From Candidatus Colwellbacteria bacterium CG10_big_fil_rev_8_21_14_0_10_41_28 (GTDB taxonomy: Bacteria > Patescibacteriota > Minisyncoccia > UBA6257 > Colwellbacteraceae), in the NCBI GenBank assembly GCA_002773755.1, contig PFAG01000014.1, positions 6,634-70,633 on the forward strand: a DNA stretch of 64,000 nt, given 5' to 3'. Shown here piece by piece: positions 1 through 9,891 of this stretch. The translations under genes were made by a program, and so were the position numbers. The notes below the pieces were generated by a model, which worked only from the letters and a program-made list of their open reading frames with translations, was not told the origin of the DNA and did not search any database. Position 1 is the stretch's first letter. Each line of letters begins with the position of its first letter.

Positions 1-448
1 TGATGAATTCTTGGGAGAATACCTTTCCCAAAAGGAGGGTCAGATTATAAATATAAGGGGAGAAGTTGTTGGGACTCATAGGGGTGCTCACTTTTATACA
101 ATTGGTCAAAGACATGGTCTCGGAGTCGCACTTAGTGAGCCTTACTACGTTTCAAAAATAGATGTGAATAAGAACACCGTTATTCTCGCTCCAGAAGATG
201 ATCCCTCACTTTTTGAAAGAGAAATAAAGATATCGAAGGTTAACATGGTTCCCAATCAAGAAACTCCTCAGAAAGTTCTTGTCCAGATTAGATATAGGCA
301 AGAACCTGTTTCTGCAATCTTATCCCAGAAGAATGGATCTTTTCATATAGATTTTGATAAGCCAGTTAAGTTTGTTGCTCCTGGTCAATCAGCAGTTTTT
401 TATAATCCAAAGGGTCAGCTAATTGGCGGTGGCATAATCAACAGTTAA
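1..448 (+). CDS. mnmA: tRNA 2-thiouridylase MnmA, C-terminal part (5' truncated by window)
   Basis: Motifs G-x-H-x-G...YTIGQRHGLG, IRYRQ, APGQSAVFY, IGGGII; frame open to window edge. Confidence 0.95.
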   Translation, partial: DEFLGEYLSQKEGQIINIRGEVVGTHRGAHFYTIGQRHGLGVALSEPYYVSKIDVNKNTVILAPEDDPSLFEREIKISKVNMVPNQETPQKVLVQIRYRQEPVSAILSQKNGSFHIDFDKPVKFVAPGQSAVFYNPKGQLIGGGIINS

Positions 449-449
449 A

Positions 450-477
450 TTGACACTCTCCCAATAATGATTAGTAT
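450..477 (+). promoter_or_regulatory. sigma70-type promoter of orphan micro-gene
   Basis: TTGACA (450-455), 16 nt, TAGTAT (472-477). Confidence 0.6.
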
Positions 478-523
478 GTAAAGTCCACTGGAAGGTCCAG
501 GGGGAGTACATTGGGAGGAAGCG

Positions 524-694
524 TTGAATGACTTCGAGGAGCAGGAGCTCCGCAAGGACAAAGGCAGAAGGCATCGCCCCGCCTCAAAGGTTCTGAACCC
601 AGATTTCTATCTGGGAGATGACACCCCAGATGATCAGGAGATGGCGCAGTCTCATTCCGAGAGCATCAGTTCTGATCTGGAATCCGCGGAGTAG
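524..694 (+). CDS. 56-aa orphan protein MNDFEEQELRKDKGRRHRPASKVLNPDFYLGDDTPDDQEMAQSHSESISSDLESAE (not in ORF track)
   Basis: SD GGGAGGA 513-519, TTG start, TAG 692-694; own promoter and terminator. Confidence 0.6.
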   Translation: MNDFEEQELRKDKGRRHRPASKVLNPDFYLGDDTPDDQEMAQSHSESISSDLESAE

Positions 695-705
695 TCGCTC
701 ACTTC

Positions 706-750
706 GAAGGGCCTCGTTTTGGAATTTCCAAAGCGAGGCCTTTCTTTTTT
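706..750 (+). terminator. intrinsic terminator
   Basis: GAAGGGCCTCGTTTTGGA / TCCAAAGCGAGGCCTTTC stem followed by T-run. Confidence 0.85.
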
Positions 751-768
751 TGATACTATTTATTTTAA

Positions 769-2043
769 GTGCTTATACACGAAAAAGTTTTTTATGGAGG
801 GGTATTCTTTATATTAGGAGTGTTCGGGGCAGCCTTTGATATAAGCTTTTTGATATCAGTATCCCTTATGACTATTGCAGTCTTCTTACTTAAGGCAGAT
901 TTTAGATTTCGCTTAATATTAATACTTTTGTTTATCTTAGGTTCTTTTTATCTAAACTTTTATGAAAGCCTGAATAAAGTCAGAGTTGATTCTAGAGCAG
1001 AAGAATTAACGGGGACTATAATCTCAAAACCAGAATATAGATTAGAATATTCTCTCATAGAGGTTGAACTGGAAGATCCAAACAGTGGAGTAGTTAGAGT
1101 ATATCTTGAGCCAGGAAAATCTTTCAGATATGGAGATAAAGTTTCTATAGAGGGAGAGCTTACAACAACCAGTAGGGGAAACACTATAATATCTTTTCCT
1201 AAAAACATAATAAAAATCGAACCAGCTCAAAGAACTGTTAGAGGAACCCTCTTTTATATTAGAGATAGTCTTGTTTATAACTTAGAAAAGGTTTTGCCTG
1301 CTTCTAAGTCATCTTTAGCTGCGGGGATTTTGATTGGAGAAAGAACGGGTTTTACAAAAGAGTTTGAGGAATCTATGAGCGGGAGTGGAACTACTCACAT
1401 AGTGGCTCTCTCTGGATATAATGTTGCTGTAATTGTAGTAATACTTTCTTCCATATTCGGATATCTTTTAAATAGAAGGTGGGCTTTCTATGCTAGCCTC
1501 ATGGCTGTTCCACTTTTTGTAATCATGACTGGAGCAGAGCCGTCCGTGGTCAGGGCTGCTATTATGGGTCTCGTGCTTGTGTCAGCAGAGTATCTAGGCA
1601 GACAATATAGCTTTAAGAATATCTTAGTGCTAACTGCCCTAGCTATGCTTATATACAACCCCACCTTAATTATCAGCCTTAGCTTCCAACTGTCCTTCGC
1701 TGCTCTACTGGGGATCGTATACATATATCCTTGGTTGAGCGAAAAGTTTAATATATCTCAAGAAGGCTTTCTCTCTTGGAGAAAGAATGCTCTTCAAACC
1801 TTTTCTGCTCAGCTTGCTGTTACTCCCGTAATTCTTTTAGGAGTCGGCAAGATATCCCTCACTTCTCTTTTCGCAAACACGTTAATTCTTGAATTTATCC
1901 CCCTAACCATGCTCTTGAGTTTCATGGTGGCTACTATCGGATTTATATCTTTTCCAGTTTCTCAAGTAATCGGTTGGGGACTTAATCTATTATTAAGCTA
2001 TGAAGTATTCATTATTAATTTTTTTGGTTCTCTTTGGACTTAA
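769..2043 (+). CDS. comEC: ComEC/Rec2 competence protein, membrane part
   Basis: GTTHIVALSGYN, PSVVRAAIM, SFQLSFAA motifs; OB-like N-terminal region. Confidence 0.93.
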   Translation: MLIHEKVFYGGVFFILGVFGAAFDISFLISVSLMTIAVFLLKADFRFRLILILLFILGSFYLNFYESLNKVRVDSRAEELTGTIISKPEYRLEYSLIEVELEDPNSGVVRVYLEPGKSFRYGDKVSIEGELTTTSRGNTIISFPKNIIKIEPAQRTVRGTLFYIRDSLVYNLEKVLPASKSSLAAGILIGERTGFTKEFEESMSGSGTTHIVALSGYNVAVIVVILSSIFGYLLNRRWAFYASLMAVPLFVIMTGAEPSVVRAAIMGLVLVSAEYLGRQYSFKNILVLTALAMLIYNPTLIISLSFQLSFAALLGIVYIYPWLSEKFNISQEGFLSWRKNALQTFSAQLAVTPVILLGVGKISLTSLFANTLILEFIPLTMLLSFMVATIGFISFPVSQVIGWGLNLLLSYEVFIINFFGSLWT

Positions 2044-2839
2044 TCTATTTGCTTGGAATCAGATACTCTATCCAGAGAATACAGATAACTTGAGGATTCA
2101 CATACTTGATGTGGGACAAGGGGATAGTCAGCTGATAGAGCTTCCTGGAGGAGTTCAAATATTAAGTGATGCCGGTCCGGGAAAAGAAGTTCTATTTGAG
2201 CTAGATAAAATTATTCCTCCGACAGATAGGTATATTGACCTACTCTTCATTTCACATCCTCAGGTAGACCATTTTGGAGGATTTACAGACGTTATAGATT
2301 CATATGATATCGGTCTAATAGTCTATTCAGGCATTGAGGGGAATAGTGACGCTTGGCAAGAATTTTCAGACAAGGTTGCGCAAAAAGGAATTCCTGTTGC
2401 GCACCTTAGTGCTCGGGATAAGATTCAATACAAAGATTCGCGTATAGACATCCTTTCCCCTGAAGACGAGCCGTATGGTGGGTTGAATGATAACTCGTTA
2501 GTCTTCCTCTTGGATTCAGAAGGCGCTAAAGCACTTTTTACAGGAGACATCGGTTTTGATGTTGAAAATAGACTTATCGAGAATGATCTGGATATAGATA
2601 TCCTTAAAGTCGCTCATCACGGATCAAGATACTCTAGTGGGTTAGAGTTTCTGAGAAAGGTCACCCCAAGGATATCTTTGATTGGAGTTGGGGATAATAA
2701 TTTTGGTCACCCTCACGGGAATACTCTCGGCAGATTAGTCTCAGTCGGCTCAGAGATATATAGAACAGATATAAATGGTCTCATATCCCTAGACATAGAT
2801 GACGGTATGGTTAAGATCGAAACAGAGAAAATTGAGTAA
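2000..2839 (+). CDS. ComEC-type metallo-beta-lactamase-fold nuclease (stand-alone)
   Basis: LDVGQGDS, SHPQVDHFGG, LFTGD, KVAHHGS, FGHPH; own N-terminal hydrophobic segment. Confidence 0.92.
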   Translation: MKYSLLIFLVLFGLNLFAWNQILYPENTDNLRIHILDVGQGDSQLIELPGGVQILSDAGPGKEVLFELDKIIPPTDRYIDLLFISHPQVDHFGGFTDVIDSYDIGLIVYSGIEGNSDAWQEFSDKVAQKGIPVAHLSARDKIQYKDSRIDILSPEDEPYGGLNDNSLVFLLDSEGAKALFTGDIGFDVENRLIENDLDIDILKVAHHGSRYSSGLEFLRKVTPRISLIGVGDNNFGHPHGNTLGRLVSVGSEIYRTDINGLISLDIDDGMVKIETEKIE

Positions 2840-2873
2840 TCCCAATATTTCTCATATACTTCCTATTACATAA

Positions 2874-4268
2874 ATGAGAGTCTTAATTAAAGAGACACCC
2901 GAGCATATCGGAGAGAAAATAGAGCTAAATGGCTGGGTTGATACTAGGAGAGATCATGGCAAGCTCATTTTTATTGACCTTAGAGACAGGAGTGGGTTGG
3001 TCCAGGTTGTCTTCAACGGAAAGAACCAAGAAGCGTATAAAATAGCAGACTCCTTAAGGCCAGAGTGGGTTATTAAATTAGTTGGTGAAGTAAAAGAAAG
3101 ACCGGATGGTATGAAAAACAATGATCTCCCAACAGGTGGAGTGGAGATCTCTGTTGAGAAAATAGAGGTATTAAATGAATCCGAAACCCCTCCTTTCGAC
3201 ATCCATTCAGATGGATTGGATATCAATGAAGCCCAAAGATTAAAGTATCGATACCTAGATCTCAGAAGGCCAAGATTACAAAGAAACATAAAGTTAAGGT
3301 CTGAGCTTATCCAAAAAGCTAGAGAGATTCTTTTTGAAATGGATTTTACTGAGATAGAGACTCCGCTATTGAGTAAGTCTACTCCAGAGGGTTCTCGAGA
3401 TTTTATAGTGCCATCAAGACTATATCCAGGTAAATTCTTTGCTTTACCACAAAGCCCTCAGCAATATAAGCAACTTTTAATGACAGCTGGTTTTGAAAGA
3501 TATTTCCAGATTGCCAGAGCTATCAGAGACGAAGATTTAAGAGCAGATAGGGGGTTTGAGCATACCCAAATAGATATGGAGTTGAGCTTTGTTGACAGGG
3601 ATCAGTTTATGGCTATCGACGAAGAGCTTATGACCAGGGTTTTTGAGGGTCTTGGGTATAAGATCAAAGAAAAGCCATTCCCTGTTGTTACATACGAAGA
3701 GGCTATGGAAAAGCACGGGGCAGATAAATTCGATCTTCGAGGAGATAAGGATAAAGAGGACGGTGTATTGGCCTTTGCATGGGTTGTGGATTTCCCATTC
3801 TTCGAAAAAGATGATGGTGGTGGTTGGACCTTTACACACAACCCTTTCTCAATGCCAAAAGAAGAGTTTTTGGACGATTTCCTTAAAGGAAAGAATATTG
3901 AGAATATATTAACCACCCAATACGATCTTGTCTGCAATGGACTTGAGGTTGGTGGTGGAAGTATTAGGGCTCATAAACCAGAGATCCTTGAGTCAACCTT
4001 CAAGATTATGGGTTATGACAAAGAGACAATAGACGAGCAATTTGGATACATGCTTGAGGCTTTCAAATATGGAGCGCCTCCACATGGAGGAACGGCTCAC
4101 GGAGTTGAGCGTCTTCTAATGGCAGCAACTGGAGAAGAGTACTTGAGAGAAGTGCAGGCTTTTCCACAGTCTGGCACTGGTCAAACATCCGTAATGAATG
4201 CACCATCAGAAATTAGCAAGAAACAGTTGGAAGAATTGGGAATAGAAATTAAAAAGAAAAAGAAATAA
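2874..4268 (+). CDS. aspS: Aspartate--tRNA ligase, short form (probably non-discriminating)
   Basis: RRDHGKLIFIDLRDRSG, STPEGSRDF, LPQSPQQYKQLLM, GAPPHGG. Confidence 0.96.
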   Translation: MRVLIKETPEHIGEKIELNGWVDTRRDHGKLIFIDLRDRSGLVQVVFNGKNQEAYKIADSLRPEWVIKLVGEVKERPDGMKNNDLPTGGVEISVEKIEVLNESETPPFDIHSDGLDINEAQRLKYRYLDLRRPRLQRNIKLRSELIQKAREILFEMDFTEIETPLLSKSTPEGSRDFIVPSRLYPGKFFALPQSPQQYKQLLMTAGFERYFQIARAIRDEDLRADRGFEHTQIDMELSFVDRDQFMAIDEELMTRVFEGLGYKIKEKPFPVVTYEEAMEKHGADKFDLRGDKDKEDGVLAFAWVVDFPFFEKDDGGGWTFTHNPFSMPKEEFLDDFLKGKNIENILTTQYDLVCNGLEVGGGSIRAHKPEILESTFKIMGYDKETIDEQFGYMLEAFKYGAPPHGGTAHGVERLLMAATGEEYLREVQAFPQSGTGQTSVMNAPSEISKKQLEELGIEIKKKKK

Positions 4269-4270
4269 AC

Positions 4271-4873
4271 ATGGCAGATAAAAAAGAAAGAACACTGGTT
4301 GTTATAAAACCAGACGGAGTACAGAGAAGCTTAATAGGGGAGATTGTAAAGCGTTTTGAAAGAACCGGTCTTAAATTAGTTGGAGTTAAGATGTTTGTTC
4401 CAAAGGAAGATTTTGTTGAGGCTCATTATACCCTAGACCCAAACTGGAAAATGAATAATGGCACCAAGGTTATCCAAGCCGCTAAAGATAAGGGAATTAA
4501 ACCAAGAACAGAAGATCCAATTGAACAGGCTGATTTTGTATTGGGAACACTCAAGAAGTATTTAACTTCCGGTCCAGTCATAGCAATGGTCTGGGAAGGA
4601 CTTCACGCAGTCAAGATTGTCAGGAAGATTGTTGGCGGCACAGAACCACTAACATCTGATGTCGGAACAATCAGAGGAGACTTTGTTCTTGATTCATACC
4701 AGAAAGGAGATGAAGACAATAGGTCTGTTAGAAATTTGATCCACGCCTCTGGCTCAACTGAAGAAGCAGATATGGAAATAAAACACTGGTTTGAAGATTT
4801 TGAGCTCGTGAACTACAGATTAGTCCAAGAGGCAATCCTCTACGATGTAAATCTAGATGGAATTTTGGAGTAG
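4271..4873 (+). CDS. ndk: Nucleoside diphosphate kinase (long form)
   Basis: ERTLVVIKPDGVQR, GTIRGDF, NLIHASGS. Confidence 0.96.
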   Translation: MADKKERTLVVIKPDGVQRSLIGEIVKRFERTGLKLVGVKMFVPKEDFVEAHYTLDPNWKMNNGTKVIQAAKDKGIKPRTEDPIEQADFVLGTLKKYLTSGPVIAMVWEGLHAVKIVRKIVGGTEPLTSDVGTIRGDFVLDSYQKGDEDNRSVRNLIHASGSTEEADMEIKHWFEDFELVNYRLVQEAILYDVNLDGILE

Positions 4874-4956
4874 TTTCCACAATCTATTGATAGAATAAAT
4901 AAACTACTATAGATATAAAAATATGGATTTAAGAATAAATGGTCTGTTTAATTTTG

Positions 4957-5118
4957 TGCTCTTTACCCATCTCTTTACTAGGAGGTTAGTTTTTATCAAT
5001 AGGCAAATCTAAGAAGATAAATCCAAACTAAAGCCGACCTCCGTTCAAAGAAGAGGCCAGTTTTAGTTTGGGGAAATGTCTTCCTCAAGGCAGTACATAT
5101 ACAACCGATAGGGAGGTG
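4957..5118 (+). promoter_or_regulatory. structured 5' leader with boxA-like motif and anti-SD
   Basis: TGCTCTTTAC 4957-4966; stem 5023-5034/5060-5071; ACCTCC 5037-5042 complementary to SD GGAGGT 5112-5117. Confidence 0.45.
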
Positions 5119-5124
5119 AATAAC

Positions 5125-5373
5125 TTGGCGGTCAGAGTCAAAATTAAAAAAGATGGTGTAATGGTTCCCTGTCCAGTAAACGGACAGAAGATGATTCCCT
5201 TCGATAAGAGATGGTCTTCTGGACCAGTCACCATGATCATTATTCAGGGGAAGAAGGGCCGTCTTACGCTCCGAGTGGAACACACCAACACAGGCACCCT
5301 TATGTGTTCTGAAAAAGTACAGATCAACGAAACATACATAATCGGTCTCTGGGCCATCAATAAGAGCAGTTAG
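5125..5373 (+). CDS. 82-aa orphan protein (start revised from 5068)
   Basis: SD GGGAGGTG 5111-5118 then TTG at 5125; in frame with ORF 5068..5373. Confidence 0.6.
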   Translation: MAVRVKIKKDGVMVPCPVNGQKMIPFDKRWSSGPVTMIIIQGKKGRLTLRVEHTNTGTLMCSEKVQINETYIIGLWAINKSS

Positions 5374-5383
5374 GAGGGGCAAC

Positions 5384-5653
5384 ATGAGTATCGATGAAAG
5401 GAGTAGTCGAGAGCAGCAACGGTTGTTTCTGCTCGCAACCCACTACCAAAATAGGTATGGATCAGCAGAAATCGCAAAGGCAATCAGAGCCGAACCGGGT
5501 AGCGAAGAATTCACCCATTTCATGCAGCAAGAATTGGGAGTTATCGCCCCAAGAGTGACGAAGGCGGATACTCTCGAGGTTCAGAGACAACTTCGCGAGT
5601 GGAATAATTTTGGTCAGAGATCATTTGAGAAAAAAGAAAAAGAAAGGGAGTGA
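5384..5653 (+). CDS. 89-aa orphan protein
   Basis: SD GGAGGGG 5373-5379, ATG start, terminator directly downstream. Confidence 0.65.
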   Translation: MSIDERSSREQQRLFLLATHYQNRYGSAEIAKAIRAEPGSEEFTHFMQQELGVIAPRVTKADTLEVQRQLREWNNFGQRSFEKKEKERE

Positions 5654-5664
5654 TATCGCTCAAC

Positions 5665-5693
5665 AAGGGGCATCAAGATCTGGTGCCCCTTTT
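5665..5693 (+). terminator. intrinsic terminator
   Basis: AAGGGGCATCA / TGGTGCCCCTT plus T-run. Confidence 0.75.
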
Positions 5694-5714
5694 ACATTTT
5701 CTGGTATAATAAAA

Positions 5715-5835
5715 ATGTTCCGCTCTTGGTACCGGATCAAATACTTTTTACGGGGATTTCTATATCATTTGGTCCCTTGGGATTAAATTGCGATCTCCCA
5801 CCTGGTTATCGCCGGGTTGCTAATGCGCGGAACAT
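5715..5835 (+). ncRNA. candidate compact 6S-like RNA
   Basis: Extended -10 TGGTATAAT 5702-5710; ends pair (ATGTTCCGC/GCGGAACAT); rod with central bubble and apical stem; terminator follows. Confidence 0.5.
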
Positions 5836-5871
5836 AAGAGAACCGCCCTTCGGGGCGGTTTTCTTATGTTT
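5830..5871. terminator. bidirectional terminator (ncRNA / rpmB)
   Basis: AACATAAGAGAACCGCCC-TTCG-GGGCGGTTTTCTTATGTT. Confidence 0.9.
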
Positions 5872-5890
5872 CTAATCCTACTTAACCTAT

Positions 5891-6082
5891 CTAATTAACA
5901 GCCTTTTTGGCTAAAGTCTTAATACACTGTGTGCAGGCAACAATCTTCTTGCCCTCTAGGTCAGTGGTCTTTTGTAGGTTTGGATATTTTCTTACTTGTG
6001 GGGTTGGGTTGTAGTTGCCTCTCAACTTATGCCTCTTTCCAGCCATCTTTGATCCCTTGCCACAAATTGAACATTGCTTCAT
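5891..6082 (-). CDS. rpmB: 50S ribosomal protein bL28 (Zn-ribbon type)
   Basis: MKQCSICGK...R.YPNLQ...VACTQCIKT; start revised to 6082. Confidence 0.9.
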   Translation of the reverse strand: MKQCSICGKGSKMAGKRHKLRGNYNPTPQVRKYPNLQKTTDLEGKKIVACTQCIKTLAKKAVN

Positions 6083-6093
6083 AGTATCCACAT

Positions 6094-6744
6094 ATGGATA
6101 GCATAGTGATTGCAATATTTCAACTAGTGGTTTTGTTATTTTCGGTGATAGTTCACGAAGTTTCTCATGGGTTAGCCGCTCTAAAGTTGGGAGATGATAC
6201 GGCCAAGAGATTAGGGAGATTAACCCTTAATCCAATTCCTCATTTAGATCCATTCGGCTCTTTGATACTTCCAGCTCTACTCTTCTTAACCAGTTCTCCG
6301 TTTATGATCGGTTGGGCAAAACCAGTTCCATACAATCCGGGTAGGCTATATAAAGATTTTAAATATGGTCCGCTTAAGGTTGCCCTAGCTGGACCTGCTT
6401 CGAATCTTATCCTGGCTATCATCTTTGCTATCCCAGCGAGATTACTGGTTGGGGTTTTGGATCCAGTCCTAATTGGATTTATGGGAATAGTTGTATTTAT
6501 CAACGTTCTACTGGCTCTATTTAACCTAGTCCCAATCCCACCTCTAGACGGGTCAAATATATTGACCATTCTTTTACCAGAGAAATACTCGAATATGATT
6601 CAAAGTGTTGGTATCTGGGGAATATTTATAGTTATATTCCTCCTATCTATGTTCTCACGCGTGCTTTTCTCAGGAGTTCTTAACCTTTCGGCCATAATGG
6701 CGGGGGAGGATGTCATCATTCAAGCATTTAGAATCCTCAGTTAG
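6094..6744 (+). CDS. Site-2 (M50) intramembrane protease
   Basis: HEVSH, GRLTLNP, AGPASN, FNLVPIPPLDG. Confidence 0.93.
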   Translation: MDSIVIAIFQLVVLLFSVIVHEVSHGLAALKLGDDTAKRLGRLTLNPIPHLDPFGSLILPALLFLTSSPFMIGWAKPVPYNPGRLYKDFKYGPLKVALAGPASNLILAIIFAIPARLLVGVLDPVLIGFMGIVVFINVLLALFNLVPIPPLDGSNILTILLPEKYSNMIQSVGIWGIFIVIFLLSMFSRVLFSGVLNLSAIMAGEDVIIQAFRILS

Positions 6745-6745
6745 A

Positions 6746-6821
6746 TTGACACAAATAAAGCTTGTTTGTTATATTTAGCCTCGCTAACGTTAAGTCCCGC
6801 CTATAAAAAGCGGGGGTTAGC
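6746..6821 (+). promoter_or_regulatory. str operon promoter and leader hairpin
   Basis: TTGACA 6746-6751, TATATT 6770-6775; GCTAAC..CCCGC/GCGGG..GTTAGC hairpin 6783-6821. Confidence 0.6.
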
Positions 6822-6830
6822 TATGTTTAT

Positions 6831-7250
6831 ATGCCAACAATTAATCAACTAATTAAAAAGGGTAGAGATAAGGCTACTAAGAAGAATAAAACTCCTGGCC
6901 TTTCTTTGGGTTTCAATACAAATAAGAATAGACCCATGACATACAACTCTCCATTTAAGAGAGGAGTTTGTCTTAAGGTTTTTACAACCACACCTAAGAA
7001 ACCTAACTCAGCCCTTCGAAAGGTAGCCAGAGTTAGGCTAACAAACGGACAGGAGGTAACTGCATATATCCCAGGAGAGGGGCACAACCTACAGGAGCAC
7101 TCTGTAATTATGCTAAGGGGAGGAAGGGTAAAAGACCTTCCGGGTGTTAGATACACCATTGTAAGAGGTGTTCTTGACTCGTCGGGTGTTGAGGGCAGGA
7201 AACAGAAGAGATCGAGATATGGTGTTAAGAAGCCTAAAGGAGATAAATAA
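6831..7250 (+). CDS. rpsL: 30S ribosomal protein uS12
   Basis: [34 protein letters not shown]. Confidence 0.99.
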   Translation: MPTINQLIKKGRDKATKKNKTPGLSLGFNTNKNRPMTYNSPFKRGVCLKVFTTTPKKPNSALRKVARVRLTNGQEVTAYIPGEGHNLQEHSVIMLRGGRVKDLPGVRYTIVRGVLDSSGVEGRKQKRSRYGVKKPKGDK

Positions 7251-7717
7251 TGAGAAAGAATAGAAATTATAAAAGAGATCATAAACCTGATGCTAAGTAT
7301 GGAAGTGTAACCGCTGCCAGATTTATCAACTACATCATGAAAGATGGGAAGAAAACTATAGCCGAAAAAGTCTTCTATGATGCCCTTGATGAGATAACCA
7401 AGAGAACCAAGCAAGATGGAATGGAAGTCTTTGAAAAGGCTTTAGAAAACGTAACTCCAAAACAGGAAGTTTTCTCAAAGAGAGTTGGTGGTGCAAACTA
7501 CCAAATTCCAAGAGATGTTCGCCCTGAGCGTCAATTCATATTGGCTAGTCGGTGGATATTAACAGCCGCTAGAAGCAAGAAGGGCAAAGCTCTTGCACAA
7601 ATCTTGGCTGACGAACTTCTTGCCGCATACAACAATGAGGGAGATGCAATCAAGAAGAAACAGGATGTTCATAGAATGGCCGAAGCCAACAGAGCTTTCG
7701 CTCACTTTGCAAGATAG
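7250..7717 (+). CDS. rpsG: 30S ribosomal protein uS7
   Basis: [23 protein letters not shown]. Confidence 0.99.
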   Translation: MRKNRNYKRDHKPDAKYGSVTAARFINYIMKDGKKTIAEKVFYDALDEITKRTKQDGMEVFEKALENVTPKQEVFSKRVGGANYQIPRDVRPERQFILASRWILTAARSKKGKALAQILADELLAAYNNEGDAIKKKQDVHRMAEANRAFAHFAR

Positions 7718-7722
7718 AACAC

Positions 7723-9816
7723 ATGGAAAGAAAATATCCTCTAGAAAAAGTTAGAAATATTGGAATTATTGCTCACATCGATGCGGGCAAGACAACCGTT
7801 ACAGAACGCGTCCTTTTTTACACCGGTATCTCACACAAAATAGGTGAGGTTCACGAAGGAGCTGCGGTCATGGACTGGATGGAGCAAGAGAGAGAGCGTG
7901 GTATAACCATAACCTCTGCGGCAACCACAACTTTTTGGGTTCCAACCTATGAAGATGGAAATAAGGAGAAAGAGCACAGAATTAACATAATCGACACGCC
8001 TGGGCACATCGACTTCACAGTAGAAGTTAAAAGATCTCTAAGAGTCCTAGACGGCGCTGTGGTGGTCTTTGATGGTGTTGCGGGGGTAGAACCTCAATCA
8101 GAGACAAACTGGCACTACGCAGACGAATATAAGGTTCCTAGAATATGTTTCATTAACAAACTGGATAGAACAGGAGCAAGCTTTGAAAAAAGCCTTCAAT
8201 CAATTAAAGATCGGCTAACAAGCAAAGCATATGCAATTCAGCTTCCAATAGGTCTCGAGGCAGACTTTGAGGGTGTAATTAATCTTCTTGAAAGAAGAGC
8301 CTATAAATTTGCTGGAGATATGGGTGAATTTCTTGAGCCAATGGAAATCCCCGAAGGCATGAAGGAGGAGGTTGAGAAGAGAAGAGCAGAGCTAGTTGAA
8401 GCAATAGCTGAAACAGATGATGCTTTGACTGAAAAGTTTCTTGAGGGTAAGGATATGGAGTTAGCTGAAATTAAGGAAGCTCTTAGGAAAGCAGTGCTCA
8501 ATGTCTCAATCGTTCCCGTATACTGTGGATCAGCTCTTAAAAACAAGGGCGTTCAACTGGTGCTAGATGCAGTTGTTGAATACCTTCCTTCACCACTCGA
8601 TATTCCTCCAGCGCCTGGGATTGATCCAAAGACAGAGGAGCCAATAACAAGAGGACCAAATGATGAACAGTTCGCCGCTTTAGCTTTTAAGGTAGCAAGC
8701 GATCCATACGTTGGAACCCTTACATACTTTAGGGTCTATTCCGGAAGTCTTGAAAAAGGAAGTTATATATACAACGCAACCAAGGAAACCCAAGAAAGAG
8801 TTGGAAGAATCCTTAGAATGCACGCAAATCACCGCGAGGAGGTTGATAAGATATTCGCTGGTGAAATTGGGGCTCTAGTTGGTCTTAAGGACACAACCAC
8901 GGGAGATTCTCTAACTGACCCAGATAGCCCTGTAATTCTTGAGAAGATGACCTTCCCAGAACCAGTTATTGAGCAGAAGATCACTCCAGCTACCAAGGCA
9001 GATCAAGAAAAGATGGGTATTGCTCTCAGAAAGCTCTCTGAAGAAGATCCAACCTTTAAGGTTAGCTCAGATCAAGAAACAGGAGAAACTCTTGTTGCTG
9101 GAATGGGAGAGCTTCATCTTGAAGTTATTGTAGACAGACTAAAACGTGAATTTAATGTTGAGGCCACAGTTGGTAGGCCTAGAGTTTCATACAGAGAGAC
9201 CATCACCAAAGCCGCTGAGGGAGAGGGAAAATATATCAGACAATCTGGTGGTCGTGGTCAATATGGACATGCCAAGCTCAGGATTAACCCAAGAGAGCAG
9301 GGTGAAGGTTTTGAATTCGTTAACTCGATTAAGGGTGGATCTATTCCACAAGAATTTATCCCAGCCGTTGAGAAGGGTGTTAGAGAAGCTCTTAACAAGG
9401 GTGTAATAGCTGGATATCAGCTAGTTGATATTGGAGTTGAACTATACGATGGAAGTTTCCATGAAGTTGACTCTGCGGAGGGAGCCTTTAAAATTGCCGG
9501 ATCGATGGCAGTTCAAGAAGCAGTTAAGGCAGCAGACCCAATTGTACTTGAGCCAATCATGAAGGTGCAGATTCTTACCCCTATGGAATTCTTTGGTGAT
9601 GTAACCGGAGACGTATCGAGTAAGAGGGGAAGAATTGAATCTATGGAAGACAGAGATACTATTAAGGTTGTAAATGCTATGATTCCATTATCAGAGATGT
9701 TCGGATACGCAACCAACTTACGTTCCATGACTCAAGGAAGAGGATCCTTCAGTATGGAATTCGCTCACTATGAACCTTTACCTAAGAACCTTGTGCAAGA
9801 GATTGCAGAAGGCTAG
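7723..9816 (+). CDS. fusA: Elongation factor G
   Basis: [36 protein letters not shown]. Confidence 0.99.
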   Translation: MERKYPLEKVRNIGIIAHIDAGKTTVTERVLFYTGISHKIGEVHEGAAVMDWMEQERERGITITSAATTTFWVPTYEDGNKEKEHRINIIDTPGHIDFTVEVKRSLRVLDGAVVVFDGVAGVEPQSETNWHYADEYKVPRICFINKLDRTGASFEKSLQSIKDRLTSKAYAIQLPIGLEADFEGVINLLERRAYKFAGDMGEFLEPMEIPEGMKEEVEKRRAELVEAIAETDDALTEKFLEGKDMELAEIKEALRKAVLNVSIVPVYCGSALKNKGVQLVLDAVVEYLPSPLDIPPAPGIDPKTEEPITRGPNDEQFAALAFKVASDPYVGTLTYFRVYSGSLEKGSYIYNATKETQERVGRILRMHANHREEVDKIFAGEIGALVGLKDTTTGDSLTDPDSPVILEKMTFPEPVIEQKITPATKADQEKMGIALRKLSEEDPTFKVSSDQETGETLVAGMGELHLEVIVDRLKREFNVEATVGRPRVSYRETITKAAEGEGKYIRQSGGRGQYGHAKLRINPREQGEGFEFVNSIKGGSIPQEFIPAVEKGVREALNKGVIAGYQLVDIGVELYDGSFHEVDSAEGAFKIAGSMAVQEAVKAADPIVLEPIMKVQILTPMEFFGDVTGDVSSKRGRIESMEDRDTIKVVNAMIPLSEMFGYATNLRSMTQGRGSFSMEFAHYEPLPKNLVQEIAEG

Positions 9817-9823
9817 GATAGGG

Positions 9824-9852
9824 TTGACCCAAGTTCAATGGGTCTATAGAAT
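9824..9852 (+). promoter_or_regulatory. internal tuf promoter
   Basis: TTGACC, 17 nt, TAGAAT. Confidence 0.65.
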
Positions 9853-9891
9853 TTTGAAGGTCGAAAAAACAACATTCGTACGAATAAACAA

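Noticed and set aside
618..839. 73-aa ORF in track
   Set aside because: It crosses a strong terminator and overlaps comEC; the SD-led ORF 524-694 explains the region better
2000..2043. Frameshifted or pseudogenised comEC
   Set aside because: The second ORF has its own ATG and hydrophobic N-terminus; both halves are intact, so a natural split is more likely
4996..5385. 129-aa minus-strand ORF
   Set aside because: Antisense to the SD-led plus-strand ORFs, with no supporting signals
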